Shown here piece by piece: positions 20,032-29,461 of a stretch of DNA of 64,000 nt; position 1 is the stretch's first letter; each line of letters begins with the position of its first letter. The DNA lies in contig CAYSHC010000002.1 in the NCBI GenBank assembly GCA_964430855.1, positions 2,376 through 66,375 on the forward strand, in the 5' to 3' direction. The position numbers were made by a program, and so were the translations under genes. Below the pieces are notes generated by a model. It was not told where the DNA came from, ran no database searches, and saw only the letters and a list, made by a program, of their open reading frames with translations. Source of the stretch: an uncultured Vicinamibacteraceae bacterium (lineage in GTDB: Bacteria; Acidobacteriota; Vicinamibacteria; Vicinamibacterales; Vicinamibacteraceae).

Positions 20032-21254
20032 GACGCCTGCCTCCCCGGTTGACGCCGCACCACCTCGCCCTCGCGGACGCCGTCGGCGACGACGGCCTCG
20101 GCGTCGGTCATGCCGGCGAGGGTGACGTGGCGCCACTCCGCGCCGACGAACACGCCCGGCGTGCCGTCACGCCACGTGACGGCATCGCGTGGCACCGTGA
20201 GCGCGTCGCGCCAGGCCGCCAGCTCCACGTCGACGGCCGCCGAGAGGTCGGGCGTCAGCACGTCGTCGCGTCCCTCGATCGCGAACATGGCCGTCAGGCT
20301 GCGCACCTTGTCGGACATGCCGCTCGGCACGGCCACCGGCGCGATGCCCTCGAGCGTGGCCCGGTACTCCCGGGCCGGATAGGCGTCCAGCGTGACGCGC
20401 GCCCGCTGGCCCACCTCCAGGCCATCGAGGTCGGCCTGGTTCAGCCGCACGCGCACCCGCATGGCCGTCTCGCCGACGACGTCGAGCAGGCCGAGGCCGC
20501 CGCGCACCTCCTCGCCTTCCTGCGGCTCGCCCATGCGCCCGTTCTTCCAGATCGAGCGCAGCACCACGAGGCCGGCGATGGGAGAGCGCACCGACAGCAG
20601 CTCCGCGTTGCGCTCGGCGTGGCGGAGGGCGCTCTCGGCCCGGTCGCGACGGATCTCCAGCGTCCGGCGCTCGGCCCGCTCGGCCAGCCGGCGGAGGGCG
20701 TTGGTCTGGCTGACCTGCGCGACCTCCGCTTCCGCGGCCTCGAGCGCGAGAAGGTTCTTCTCGGCTTCGATCCGCGGCAGCAGCGGGTTCTTCTCGACGT
20801 CGAGGCGCGCCAGGGCCAGCGCATTCTCGGCGGTCTTCAGCCGCGTGTCGTCCTTCACCGCCGCCTCGACGTGCTCGGCCTCGAGCCGCCGCACCTGCTC
20901 CTGGAGGTCGCGCCACTCGGCACGGCGCTCGAGGGCGGCGTCGAGCTGCGCCTGCCTGTCGAACTCGACGAGCACGTCGCCGACGTCCACGCGGGCGCCG
21001 TTGGCCACGAGCCTCGTGATGACCAGGTTCCCCTGGCCGGTCGTCTGCCCGCCGAGGCGGGGGACGACGACGGGGAGGGACGAAACGGCTTCGACGGTGC
21101 CGTGCAGACGGATCGCGTGGCGGACGTCGCGACGGGCGACGACCGCCTCCGGGCCGGCGGGCGGCACCGCGGCGTCCCTGACGGCCGGCGCGCTGCCGTC
21201 ACGACACCCAGGCGCCAGCGCGAGGCAGGCGAGCAGCAGGACTCTGGAGGACAC
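20028..21254 (-). CDS. HlyD/MacA-family periplasmic adaptor (paralog 1, lipoprotein signal)
   Basis: Starts MSSRVLLLACLALAPGC. It has a coiled-coil hairpin and ...VRSPIAGLVVL. 408 aa. Confidence 0.85.
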   Translation of the reverse strand: MSSRVLLLACLALAPGCRDGSAPAVRDAAVPPAGPEAVVARRDVRHAIRLHGTVEAVSSLPVVVPRLGGQTTGQGNLVITRLVANGARVDVGDVLVEFDRQAQLDAALERRAEWRDLQEQVRRLEAEHVEAAVKDDTRLKTAENALALARLDVEKNPLLPRIEAEKNLLALEAAEAEVAQVSQTNALRRLAERAERRTLEIRRDRAESALRHAERNAELLSVRSPIAGLVVLRSIWKNGRMGEPQEGEEVRGGLGLLDVVGETAMRVRVRLNQADLDGLEVGQRARVTLDAYPAREYRATLEGIAPVAVPSGMSDKVRSLTAMFAIEGRDDVLTPDLSAAVDVELAAWRDALTVPRDAVTWRDGTPGVFVGAEWRHVTLAGMTDAEAVVADGVREGEVVRRQPGRQAS

Positions 21255-21302
21255 GGGTATGGCCTGTAGACGATCTTGGACACCGAAAAGTTGGGTCTGG
21301 CG

Positions 21303-21881
21303 CTACGGGCCGGCCGTCGGGGGGATTCCGGTGCGCCGCCAGCAGGTCACGAGATGGTCGTCCACCATGCCGACGGCCTGCATGAACGCGTAACAGATCG
21401 TCGACCCGACGAAGGTGGCCCCGGCCTTCCGCAGGGCGCGGCTCATGGCGTCGGACGCGGGCGTCCGGACCGGCACCTCCCCAAGGGTCCGCCACTCGTT
21501 GACGACCGGTTCGCCGTCCACGAACCCCCAGAGGAAGGCGTCGAGCGACCCGTGGCGCTCGACCAGGTCGAGGACGGCGCGCGCGGTCTTCACGGCGCCG
21601 GCCACCTTCAGCCGGTTCCTCACGATGCCGGGATCGGCAAGGAGGCGGGCGATGTCGGCCTCGGTGAAGCGCGCCACGGCCTCCGGGTCGAAGCCGGCGA
21701 AGACCTCACGGTAGCGATCGCGCTTGCCGAGGATCGTGCGCCAGCTCAGGCCGGCCTGCGCGCCCTCGAGCACGAGCATCTCGAAGAGGCGGCGGTCATC
21801 ATGCACCGGCACCCCCCACTCCTCGTCGTGGTACCGGACGTAGAGCGGGTCGGTGCCGCACCAGGGGCAGCGTTCCGACAC
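21303..21881 (-). CDS. tag: DNA-3-methyladenine glycosylase I
   Basis: MSERCPWCGTDPLYVRYHDEEWGVPVHDDRRLFEMLVLEGAQAGLSW is the Tag signature. Confidence 0.93.
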   Translation of the reverse strand: MSERCPWCGTDPLYVRYHDEEWGVPVHDDRRLFEMLVLEGAQAGLSWRTILGKRDRYREVFAGFDPEAVARFTEADIARLLADPGIVRNRLKVAGAVKTARAVLDLVERHGSLDAFLWGFVDGEPVVNEWRTLGEVPVRTPASDAMSRALRKAGATFVGSTICYAFMQAVGMVDDHLVTCWRRTGIPPTAGP

Positions 21882-21891
21882 GCGTTACAGC

Positions 21892-22923
21892 CTACTTCGG
21901 AACGCGCAGCGTGCGGATGAACCTGTTGAGGAGGGCCTGATCGAAGTGGGTCGCGAGCCGGGTGCGCATCAACTGCAGCGCGTCGAACGGCCGCATCGCG
22001 CGCTGGTAGGTCCTGTCGCTCGTCATGGCGTCGAAGCAGTCGGCGATGGCGGCGATGCGCCCGAACAGGTGGATGTCGTCGCCCGACAGCCGTCGGGGAT
22101 AGCCGTCCCCCGTCAGCCGCTCGTGGTGCTGCGACACGGCGAGCATCCCGAGGCGGCCGACGCGCCCGGCTTCCTCGAGGATGTGCTCGCCGCGCTCGAC
22201 GTGGCTGCGCATGATCGCGAACTCCTCCTCGGTGTAGGCGCCCGGCTTGACGATCAGATCGCGCGGGATCTCGCTCTTGCCGATGTCGTGCAGCAGGGTG
22301 CCCAGGGCCAGCTCCTGGAGGTCGGTCGCGTCCTTCACGCCGGCCGCAAACGCCAGGCCCACCGCAAACACGCTGACGTTCATCGAATGGCGGACCGTGT
22401 CGTAGTCGTGGGCCATCAGGCTCGCCAGATGGCCCACGGCATCCGGCGTCCTGACGAGCAGCTGCACGGTCTGCTGCGCCACGCGGCGGGTCCGCGGCAC
22501 GACGTTGACATGGCGCGGCTCGGCCATCACCGACTCCAGCGTCGACTGCGCGGCCGACGACAGCAGTTCGGCCTTCCGGGACACCGGCACGAGCGGATTG
22601 GCCAGCAGCGTGTCCAGGTGGCGCTCGACGTACGACTCGTAGCGCCGGCGCTCGTCGCCGCGCAGCCAGAGCGTCTGCACGTTGTTCTGGAGCAGGCGCA
22701 GGTGGTGCTGGCTCTCGAACGGCAGGTCGGGGCCGCGGAAGAGCACGAAATGGCCGGGTGCGCTCTGGAGGTACAGGTGGAAGTTCACCACCGAGTCCAC
22801 CACCAGCCCGTCGAGGTGCACCGGGATGTACAGCGGGCGCACGTGGCCGTAGGCCGCCCGTACGGCGCCGGGCGGCGTCTCCGGAGTTCTCGGCTGGAAG
22901 CGGACGGGCAGCGGCAGCGCCAT
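21892..22923 (-). CDS. HD-GYP domain c-di-GMP phosphodiesterase with an uncharacterised N-terminal domain
   Basis: Contains LLHDIGKSEIP ... HHERLTGDGYPRRL (HD and GYP motifs). Confidence 0.88.
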   Translation of the reverse strand: MALPLPVRFQPRTPETPPGAVRAAYGHVRPLYIPVHLDGLVVDSVVNFHLYLQSAPGHFVLFRGPDLPFESQHHLRLLQNNVQTLWLRGDERRRYESYVERHLDTLLANPLVPVSRKAELLSSAAQSTLESVMAEPRHVNVVPRTRRVAQQTVQLLVRTPDAVGHLASLMAHDYDTVRHSMNVSVFAVGLAFAAGVKDATDLQELALGTLLHDIGKSEIPRDLIVKPGAYTEEEFAIMRSHVERGEHILEEAGRVGRLGMLAVSQHHERLTGDGYPRRLSGDDIHLFGRIAAIADCFDAMTSDRTYQRAMRPFDALQLMRTRLATHFDQALLNRFIRTLRVPK

Positions 22924-23089
22924 CGCGCGCGAAGCTCAGCAAGGCGCGTGCCGTGGTTTCCCGTGTGAACCGGGCAGACCCGGGCACCGGCCCCCGGCGC
23001 CGGTGACGAATCTGTCGCCCGCGCTGACGGAACTGTCGGTCGGCCCGCATGGTGAGCGCCGCGCGGGGCTCTGTTATCGTGAGGCGTAT

Positions 23090-24988
23090 ATGGCAGATGC
23101 GCAGGCTACCGAGACACAGGCCCCGCCTACGACGCTCCCGCGGCTGTACACCGCGGCCCACCTGCCTGCCCCCGACTACACCCGCCCGCTGCTCGAGGTC
23201 ACCGAGACGCAGCGCGAGCGGCTGCTCGGCATCCTCTCGATCCTCTACGGGCGCGAGGTGGCGGAACGCTGCTATCCCGAGCTCGAGCGCATCATGCGCG
23301 TCTACGACGCGCACTGCACCGACGAGATGCGCGAGGCCCGGCGGACGTTCGATCCCCGCACCCGCTTCTCCGAGCGCGACGTCGTCCTCATCACCTACGG
23401 CGACCTGCTGACATCACCGGGGCGCCTGCCGCTCCAGGTGCTGTCGGACTTCCTCCAGCGCTTCATGCGCGACACGATCAACGCGGTCCACATCCTGCCG
23501 TTCTTCCCGTATTCGTCCGACAGGGGCTTCTCGATCATCGACTACGAGGAAGTCGATCCGCGGCTCGGCTCGTGGCACGACATCGAGAAGATGGCGCAGT
23601 CGTTCCGCCTGATGTTCGACGGCGTCTTCAATCACGCATCCAGCAAGAGCCGCTGGTTCCAGCGCTTCCTCAACGGCCGGCCCGGCTACGAGGACTTCTT
23701 CGTCGCCTTCAGCACGCGTGACGCGATCTCGGACGACTACCTGCGGCTGATCCTGCGGCCGCGCACCTCCGACCTGCTGACGCCCTTCCACACGATCAAC
23801 GGCGTCCGTTTCGTCTGGACAACGTTCAGTCCCGACCAGGTCGACCTCAACTTCCGCAACCCGCAGGTGCTGCTGCGGGTGCTCGAGATCCTGCTGCTCT
23901 ACGTGCGCAGGGGCGCCGACATCATCCGCCTCGACGCGGTTACCTACATCTGGCGCGAGCTCGGCACCTCGTGCGCGCACCTGCGCGAGACGCACGCCCT
24001 CGTCCAGCTGTTCCGCGCGGTCCTCGACGTCGTGGCGCCGCACGTGGCGCTCATCACCGAGACCAACGTGCCGCATGCCGACAACATCAGCTACTTCGGC
24101 GACGGGCACAACGAGGCGCAGATGGTCTACAACTTCGCGCTGCCGCCGCTGGTGCTGCACACGATGCACACCGGCGACGTCTCGCGGCTGACCAACTGGG
24201 CGCGCACGCTGACCCACGTGTCCGACACGGCCACCTACTTCAACTTCCTGTCGTCGCACGACGGCGTCGGGCTGCTCGGGGCACGCGGCATCCTGACCGA
24301 CGACGAGATCCAGGCGCTCGTGGATCGGACGATCGAGCACGGCGGGTTCGTGTCGTACCGGTCGAACGGCGACGGCACCGAGAGCCCGTACGAGCTGAAC
24401 ATCGCCTGGTACAGCGCCCTGAACCGCGACGACGCCGGCGAGCCCGAGGCCCTCCAGGTGCGACGGTTCCTCGCGGCACGCTCCATCCCGCTGGCGATGC
24501 AGGGCGTGCCCGGCATCTACTTCCCGACCCTCTTCGGCGCGCGCAACGACACGGAGGCCGTGCTGCGCAGCAAGGAGAAGCGGAGCATCAACCGCCGTAC
24601 CTACGACGAGGCGACGCTGCTCAAGATGCTCGAGGACCCGGAGACGACCGTCTCGCAGGTGGCCCGGGGCATCCGGCGGCTGGTGCGCCGGCGGATCCAG
24701 CAGCCGGCGTTCCACCCGAACGCCGCCCAGACCATCCTTGACGCGGGTCGCCACACGATGGGCATCAAGCGCGTGGCCGCCGACGGCAGCCCGCTGCTTG
24801 CGCTGACGAACATGACGGCACAGACGCAGGAGGTGACGCTCGACCGCGAGGCCGTCGGCGTGTCGCCGGCCGCGTGGCGCGAGCTGATCTCGCGCGATCT
24901 CGTTCCCGACGGCGGTACCGGCCCGCTGCGTCTGACCCTCGAGCCGTATCAGGTCTGCTGGCTGGTGGAAGAGAAGGAGAAGAAGTGA
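23090..24988 (+). CDS. GH13 sucrose-phosphorylase-family sugar phosphorylase
   Basis: ATG at 23090. The segments INAVHILPFFPYSSDRGFSIIDY, ADIIRLDAVTYIW, LITETNVPH and FLSSHDGVG match GH13_18-type conserved regions. Confidence 0.82.
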   Translation: MADAQATETQAPPTTLPRLYTAAHLPAPDYTRPLLEVTETQRERLLGILSILYGREVAERCYPELERIMRVYDAHCTDEMREARRTFDPRTRFSERDVVLITYGDLLTSPGRLPLQVLSDFLQRFMRDTINAVHILPFFPYSSDRGFSIIDYEEVDPRLGSWHDIEKMAQSFRLMFDGVFNHASSKSRWFQRFLNGRPGYEDFFVAFSTRDAISDDYLRLILRPRTSDLLTPFHTINGVRFVWTTFSPDQVDLNFRNPQVLLRVLEILLLYVRRGADIIRLDAVTYIWRELGTSCAHLRETHALVQLFRAVLDVVAPHVALITETNVPHADNISYFGDGHNEAQMVYNFALPPLVLHTMHTGDVSRLTNWARTLTHVSDTATYFNFLSSHDGVGLLGARGILTDDEIQALVDRTIEHGGFVSYRSNGDGTESPYELNIAWYSALNRDDAGEPEALQVRRFLAARSIPLAMQGVPGIYFPTLFGARNDTEAVLRSKEKRSINRRTYDEATLLKMLEDPETTVSQVARGIRRLVRRRIQQPAFHPNAAQTILDAGRHTMGIKRVAADGSPLLALTNMTAQTQEVTLDREAVGVSPAAWRELISRDLVPDGGTGPLRLTLEPYQVCWLVEEKEKK

Positions 24989-25542
24989 GGCTGTCGGTCG
25001 CACGCCCGGCAGGCGCCCTGGCCGGGCACGTGGCGCTCGCGGCCGTGCTCGCGGCCGTGGCGATCGTCGCGGGGGCCCCGGCCCGGGCGGCGGCCGGCGA
25101 CGCCCAGGCACGGCCCGCATGGCTCGCCGATGCCCCGGCGGCCGAGGCGTCAACGCCGCACCTCGAGGTGAAGGCGCTCCCGCCCGTCCGCGGACGCAAC
25201 GGTCAGGTCACGCTGCGCCTGCACGTCGCGCCGCGGCCTGGCATGCGCATCTACGCGTCCGACGCCAGGGGCTACGTTCCGCTGTCGCTCTCGCTGGACG
25301 TACCCGACGGCGCCGCGGTCGTGGGCCAGCCCGCATATCCCGCGCCGGAGGAGTACGCGTTTCCGCCGACCGGCGAGCGGTCGCGCGTGTACGACGCGCC
25401 CTTCACCGTGGCGCAGCGCATTCGCCCAGGGCGCGCGGGACTGGCCGGCGTGACCGGCACGCTGCGCTACCAGGCGTGCGACGACAGGCTGTGCTACAAG
25501 CCGTCGAGCGTCACCGTGCGCTGGACGCCCGATGGACCATGA
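24985..25542 (+). CDS. exported DsbD N-terminal-domain-like (DsbC/DsbD alpha) protein
   Basis: The GTG start at 24985 overlaps the upstream TGA stop (GTGA). Signal peptide ...VAIVAGAPARAAAG. C-terminal TGTLRYQACDDRLCYKP is typical of the DsbD alpha domain. Confidence 0.6.
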   Translation: MRLSVARPAGALAGHVALAAVLAAVAIVAGAPARAAAGDAQARPAWLADAPAAEASTPHLEVKALPPVRGRNGQVTLRLHVAPRPGMRIYASDARGYVPLSLSLDVPDGAAVVGQPAYPAPEEYAFPPTGERSRVYDAPFTVAQRIRPGRAGLAGVTGTLRYQACDDRLCYKPSSVTVRWTPDGP

Positions 25543-25545
25543 GTG

Positions 25546-27618
25546 TCAGTGCACGTCGCGGCCGCGCGCGGGCACGTAGATAGCCACATCCGCCTGCTCG
25601 AAGCTGGCGCTCACCATGCGCGCCACCTCCACGCGGGCGTCGTTGAAGCAGGCGCCGCCGGAGTGCCGCTCGACGTCCGCCGGCGTGAGCGCCGTCGCCG
25701 TGGACCCGTTGAGCGTGCCGAAGCGCCACAGCCCCTTCGGCAGGCTGACCGTGCCTGGCGCGATCGCCGGCAGCACCTGCGCGATGCAGTGCACCTCGCC
25801 GAGCGCGTTGTACACGCGGACCGGGTCGCCGTCGCGCACCCCGCGCGGGTCGGCGTCCACGGGATGGATCAGCAGGCGGGCGGCCGTCCGCCGCAGCTGG
25901 CCGAGCGTCGAGCTGATCGTCTTCTCGCTGGCCGGCGAGATGAGGGCCAGCGGGTATTCGCGCGTCGCCGGATCGAGGTGGTAGTGGTACCAGCTGTCGC
26001 CGTTGGCTGACGCAGCGGGGTAGAGGTGGATGCGGCCGTCGGCAGTGCCTGGCCGGACGTCCACCATCTGCACCGGGCGGGGGCCACCCGCCGGCTCGGG
26101 CATCTCGTCGGACATCACCTGGGCCGCGAGCGGCTCGGGCAACTCCGCCGTCACGCGCAGCAGCGTCTCGGTCTCGCCCTCGGCCTCGCCCACGCCCAGC
26201 CTCGCGGCGAGCTCGCTGAAGACCTCGGCGTTCGGCCGGGCCTCGCCCACGGGTTCGATGGCCGGTCGCACGAGGTGCAGCGCGTAGGCACCGTAGCCGC
26301 GCACCACGTCGTAGTGCTCGAGGAACGTCGTGGCCGGCAGGAGCACGTCCGCGTACTGCGCCGTGTCGGTGCGGACCTGGTCGAAGACGACGGTGAACAG
26401 GTCGTCGCGCATCAGGCCCCGCACCACGTGGTCCTGCTCGGGTGTGGTGGCGACGGGGTTGCTGTTGTAGACAAACAGCGCGCGCACGGGCACCGGGGCG
26501 TCAGGCGCGAGCGCCTCGGCCAGCCGCGTCATGTTGACGACCCGTGTGGACGGCTGCGGGTGCCGGCGCCACCGCTCGGCGTCGAGGCGCCACGCCGCGC
26601 TGTTGCTCATCGTGAACCCGCCGCCGCGCACGCCGAACTTGTTGGCAATGGCCGGCAGGGCCAGCACCGCCAGCACGGCATCGGTGCCATTCCTGTTGCG
26701 CTCCATGCCCCAGCCGCAGCGGATGACGGCCGGTGACGCCTCCGCGTACCACTCGGCAAGGCGTCGAAGCATGTCGGCCTCGACGCCGCTCTCGCGGGCG
26801 GCACGCTCGAGGGGCCAGGCCTGCGCCCTCGCGGCGTACGCCTCGAGCCCGGACGTGTGCGCGTCCAGGAACGCGCGGTCCGCGTAGCCCGACGTCAGCA
26901 GCCAGTGCCCGATGGACAGCGCGACCGGGAGGTCGGTGCCCGGCCGCACCGCGAGATGCAGATCGGCCTGCCGCGCCAGGGGCGTCTGCCGCGGGTCGAC
27001 GACGACCAGCCGGGCGCCGCGCTCGCGCGCCTGCTTGATGTAGGGCATGAGGTGGATGCCCGAGGCCGACGGGTTCGCGCCCCAGATGACGATCAGCGAC
27101 GCCTCGGCGTAGTCCTGGTAGGCGACACCAGGCATGCGGCCGTACATGAGCTGCGACGCGAGCCCCGTGGGGGCCGCGCAGATCGTGCGGGCGAGGCGCG
27201 ACGTGCCAAGCGCACGCCACAGGTCCTCGTCGGTCGTCAGGTGCGTGACCAGCCCGTTCGAGCCTCCATACGAGTACGGCAGGATGGCCTCGCCACCGTA
27301 CTGCTTCCGCACCTCGTCGAGCCGTTCGGCGATGATGCTCAGCGCGTGGTCCCATGTCACGCGGCGGAACTTGCCCGATCCCTTGGCGCCGTCGCGAATC
27401 TCCGGGTACCTGAGGCGCGCCTCGCCGTACACGTGGTCGGTGAAGTTCCGCACCTTCGCGCAGATGAAGCCCTCGGTGACGGGATTGCGGGTGCCGCCGT
27501 CGATGCCGACGACGCGCCCGCTCTCCACGTGGACGCGGACGCTGCAGGCGTCAGGGCAGTCGAGCGGGCACGCGGTGTCGATCGTGCTGCGTCCCCATGA
27601 ACGAGGCGGGCGGCTCAT
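25546..27618 (-). CDS. molybdopterin (bis-MGD) oxidoreductase, MopB superfamily, with N-terminal 4Fe-4S motif
   Basis: ATG at 27618. Contains ACPLDCPDACSVRV (Cys cluster), then MopB core segments and a C-terminal beta-barrel (IHPVDADPRGVRDGDPVRVYN). No Tat signal was seen. Confidence 0.88.
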   Translation of the reverse strand: MSRPPRSWGRSTIDTACPLDCPDACSVRVHVESGRVVGIDGGTRNPVTEGFICAKVRNFTDHVYGEARLRYPEIRDGAKGSGKFRRVTWDHALSIIAERLDEVRKQYGGEAILPYSYGGSNGLVTHLTTDEDLWRALGTSRLARTICAAPTGLASQLMYGRMPGVAYQDYAEASLIVIWGANPSASGIHLMPYIKQARERGARLVVVDPRQTPLARQADLHLAVRPGTDLPVALSIGHWLLTSGYADRAFLDAHTSGLEAYAARAQAWPLERAARESGVEADMLRRLAEWYAEASPAVIRCGWGMERNRNGTDAVLAVLALPAIANKFGVRGGGFTMSNSAAWRLDAERWRRHPQPSTRVVNMTRLAEALAPDAPVPVRALFVYNSNPVATTPEQDHVVRGLMRDDLFTVVFDQVRTDTAQYADVLLPATTFLEHYDVVRGYGAYALHLVRPAIEPVGEARPNAEVFSELAARLGVGEAEGETETLLRVTAELPEPLAAQVMSDEMPEPAGGPRPVQMVDVRPGTADGRIHLYPAASANGDSWYHYHLDPATREYPLALISPASEKTISSTLGQLRRTAARLLIHPVDADPRGVRDGDPVRVYNALGEVHCIAQVLPAIAPGTVSLPKGLWRFGTLNGSTATALTPADVERHSGGACFNDARVEVARMVSASFEQADVAIYVPARGRDVH

Positions 27619-27632
27619 GGCAATATTCTGGC

Positions 27633-29390
27633 ATGTCGCGTCACGCCCGCCCCGCCGACGCGCCACGCCCGACGTTGCGATTCACCCAAGCATCCACGCT
27701 GGCAGCCCTGGCCGCCGTGGCCCTCGCCGCCGGATGTGGTTCCACGCCCGAGTTTGACGTCATCGTCAGGCACGGCACCGTCGTCGATGGGACCGGCGCG
27801 CCCGCGAGGCCGGCCGACGTCGGCATCGTCGGCGACCGCATCACGGAGGTGGGCGACCTGTCGTCGCGCCGCGGACGCGTCGAGGTGGACGCCAGCAACC
27901 TCGTCGTCGCGCCCGGCTTCATCGACACGCAAGGCCAGTCCGGACGCGCCTTGCTGCTCGACGGTGCCGCCGAGAGCCACCTCAGGCAGGGCATCACATC
28001 GGAGATCATCGGCGAGGCCAGCAGCCCGGCGTTCTGGCAGGCCGACACGGGCGACGTCGCGCTGCTGAACAACCGCGGCATTCCGTTCGACTGGGGCGGG
28101 CTCGCTGGTTTTCTTCAGAAGCTCGAGACGGCCGGCATCGCGCTCAACCTCGGCTCGCTGGTTCCGGCCAACCAGGTCCGGAGCAACGTGATGCGGCTCG
28201 CGGCCCGGGCGCCGACCGACGCCGAGCGGCAGGCGATGCGGCTGGCCGTCGAGCAGGCCATGCGCGACGGGGCCTTCGGCCTTTCGAGCGCCCTCATCTA
28301 TCCGCCGGGCTCGTTCATGACGACCGGCGACCTCGTCGAGCTCGCGCGCATCGCCGCGGCGCACGGCGGCATCTACGTGTCGCACATCAGGGGCGAGACC
28401 CACAGGCTGCTCACGGCGCTCGACGAGGCCGTGACCATCGGGCGGGAGGCAGGCCTGCCAGTTGTCGTCTACCACCTCAAGGTGGCAGAGCGCAGCCGGT
28501 GGGGCACCATGCCCGACGTCCTCGCGAAGATCGAGGAGGCACGCGCGTCGGGCGTGGACATCTCGGCGACGCAGTACCCCTACACGGTGGCCGGCACCAG
28601 CCTCGACGCGTGCCTGCCCGACTGGGTGCTCGAAGGTGGCACTGGCGCCGCGCTGCGCCGCCTCGCCGACCCGGACGTGCGCCGGCGCATCCGGCGCGAG
28701 GTCGAGCGCGGCCACGACGGTTGGGAGAACTTCCTGCGCAGCGCGGGGTTCGACGGCGTGACGATCGCCTCGGTGCCGTCGGGCGCCGACGACAGCGTCG
28801 TGGGGCAGAACCTCGCGGCCATCGCCAGCGCACGCGGCGCCGACCCCTGGGACGTCTTCTTCGACCTGCTCGTCGAGCACCAGCTGGCCGTCTCGGCGCT
28901 CTACGCCCTCATGCACGACGATGACGTTCGTGCGGCGATGACACGCCCGTGGATCACGATCGGCACCGACTCGGCGGCGCAGACCGACGCCGCCGGGCAG
29001 CCCGGCAAGCCGCACCCGCGCGGCTTCGGCACGATGCCGCGGGTGCTCGGCCACTACGTCCGCGAGCACGGCATCCTGTCGCTGCCCGAGGCCGTACACA
29101 AGATGACGTCCGCGGCCGCGCGGCAGATGCGGCTCGTCGATAGGGGCGAGCTTCGGCCGGGCGCCTTTGCCGATGTCGTGGTCTTCGATCCGGCCACCAT
29201 TGGCGACCGCGCGACGTTCGACGAACCGCGCCAGTATCCCGCCGGCATCAGGACCGTGATCGTCAACGGCGTCATCGCGCTCGACGCCGGCGAGCCGACA
29301 GGCCGACGCGCCGGCCGCGGGCTGCGGCGGGCGCCGGTCGTGCCGCGACCGTCACCGGTGGCTGCGGTGGCCGCGGCGCCGGCCAGCTGA
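27633..29390 (+). CDS. N-acyl-D-amino-acid deacylase family amidohydrolase (lipoprotein signal)
   Basis: ATG at 27633. Lipobox LAAGC. The segments FDVIVRHGTVVDGTG...VGIVGDRI, PGFIDTQGQS and GAFGLSSALIYPPG match this family. Confidence 0.85.
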   Translation: MSRHARPADAPRPTLRFTQASTLAALAAVALAAGCGSTPEFDVIVRHGTVVDGTGAPARPADVGIVGDRITEVGDLSSRRGRVEVDASNLVVAPGFIDTQGQSGRALLLDGAAESHLRQGITSEIIGEASSPAFWQADTGDVALLNNRGIPFDWGGLAGFLQKLETAGIALNLGSLVPANQVRSNVMRLAARAPTDAERQAMRLAVEQAMRDGAFGLSSALIYPPGSFMTTGDLVELARIAAAHGGIYVSHIRGETHRLLTALDEAVTIGREAGLPVVVYHLKVAERSRWGTMPDVLAKIEEARASGVDISATQYPYTVAGTSLDACLPDWVLEGGTGAALRRLADPDVRRRIRREVERGHDGWENFLRSAGFDGVTIASVPSGADDSVVGQNLAAIASARGADPWDVFFDLLVEHQLAVSALYALMHDDDVRAAMTRPWITIGTDSAAQTDAAGQPGKPHPRGFGTMPRVLGHYVREHGILSLPEAVHKMTSAAARQMRLVDRGELRPGAFADVVVFDPATIGDRATFDEPRQYPAGIRTVIVNGVIALDAGEPTGRRAGRGLRRAPVVPRPSPVAAVAAAPAS

Positions 29391-29461
29391 CACCTCTGCG
29401 CCTCGTGCGGCACCGCCCGCGGAGGTGCCGCGACAACGCACGCACACGAAAGGAGGCTCCA

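Noticed and set aside
21746-23314. 522-aa minus-strand ORF spanning the tag / HD-GYP / phosphorylase starts
   Set aside because: It is out of frame with the HD-GYP and Tag proteins, which have unambiguous motifs. The sequence is Arg/Pro-rich nonsense.
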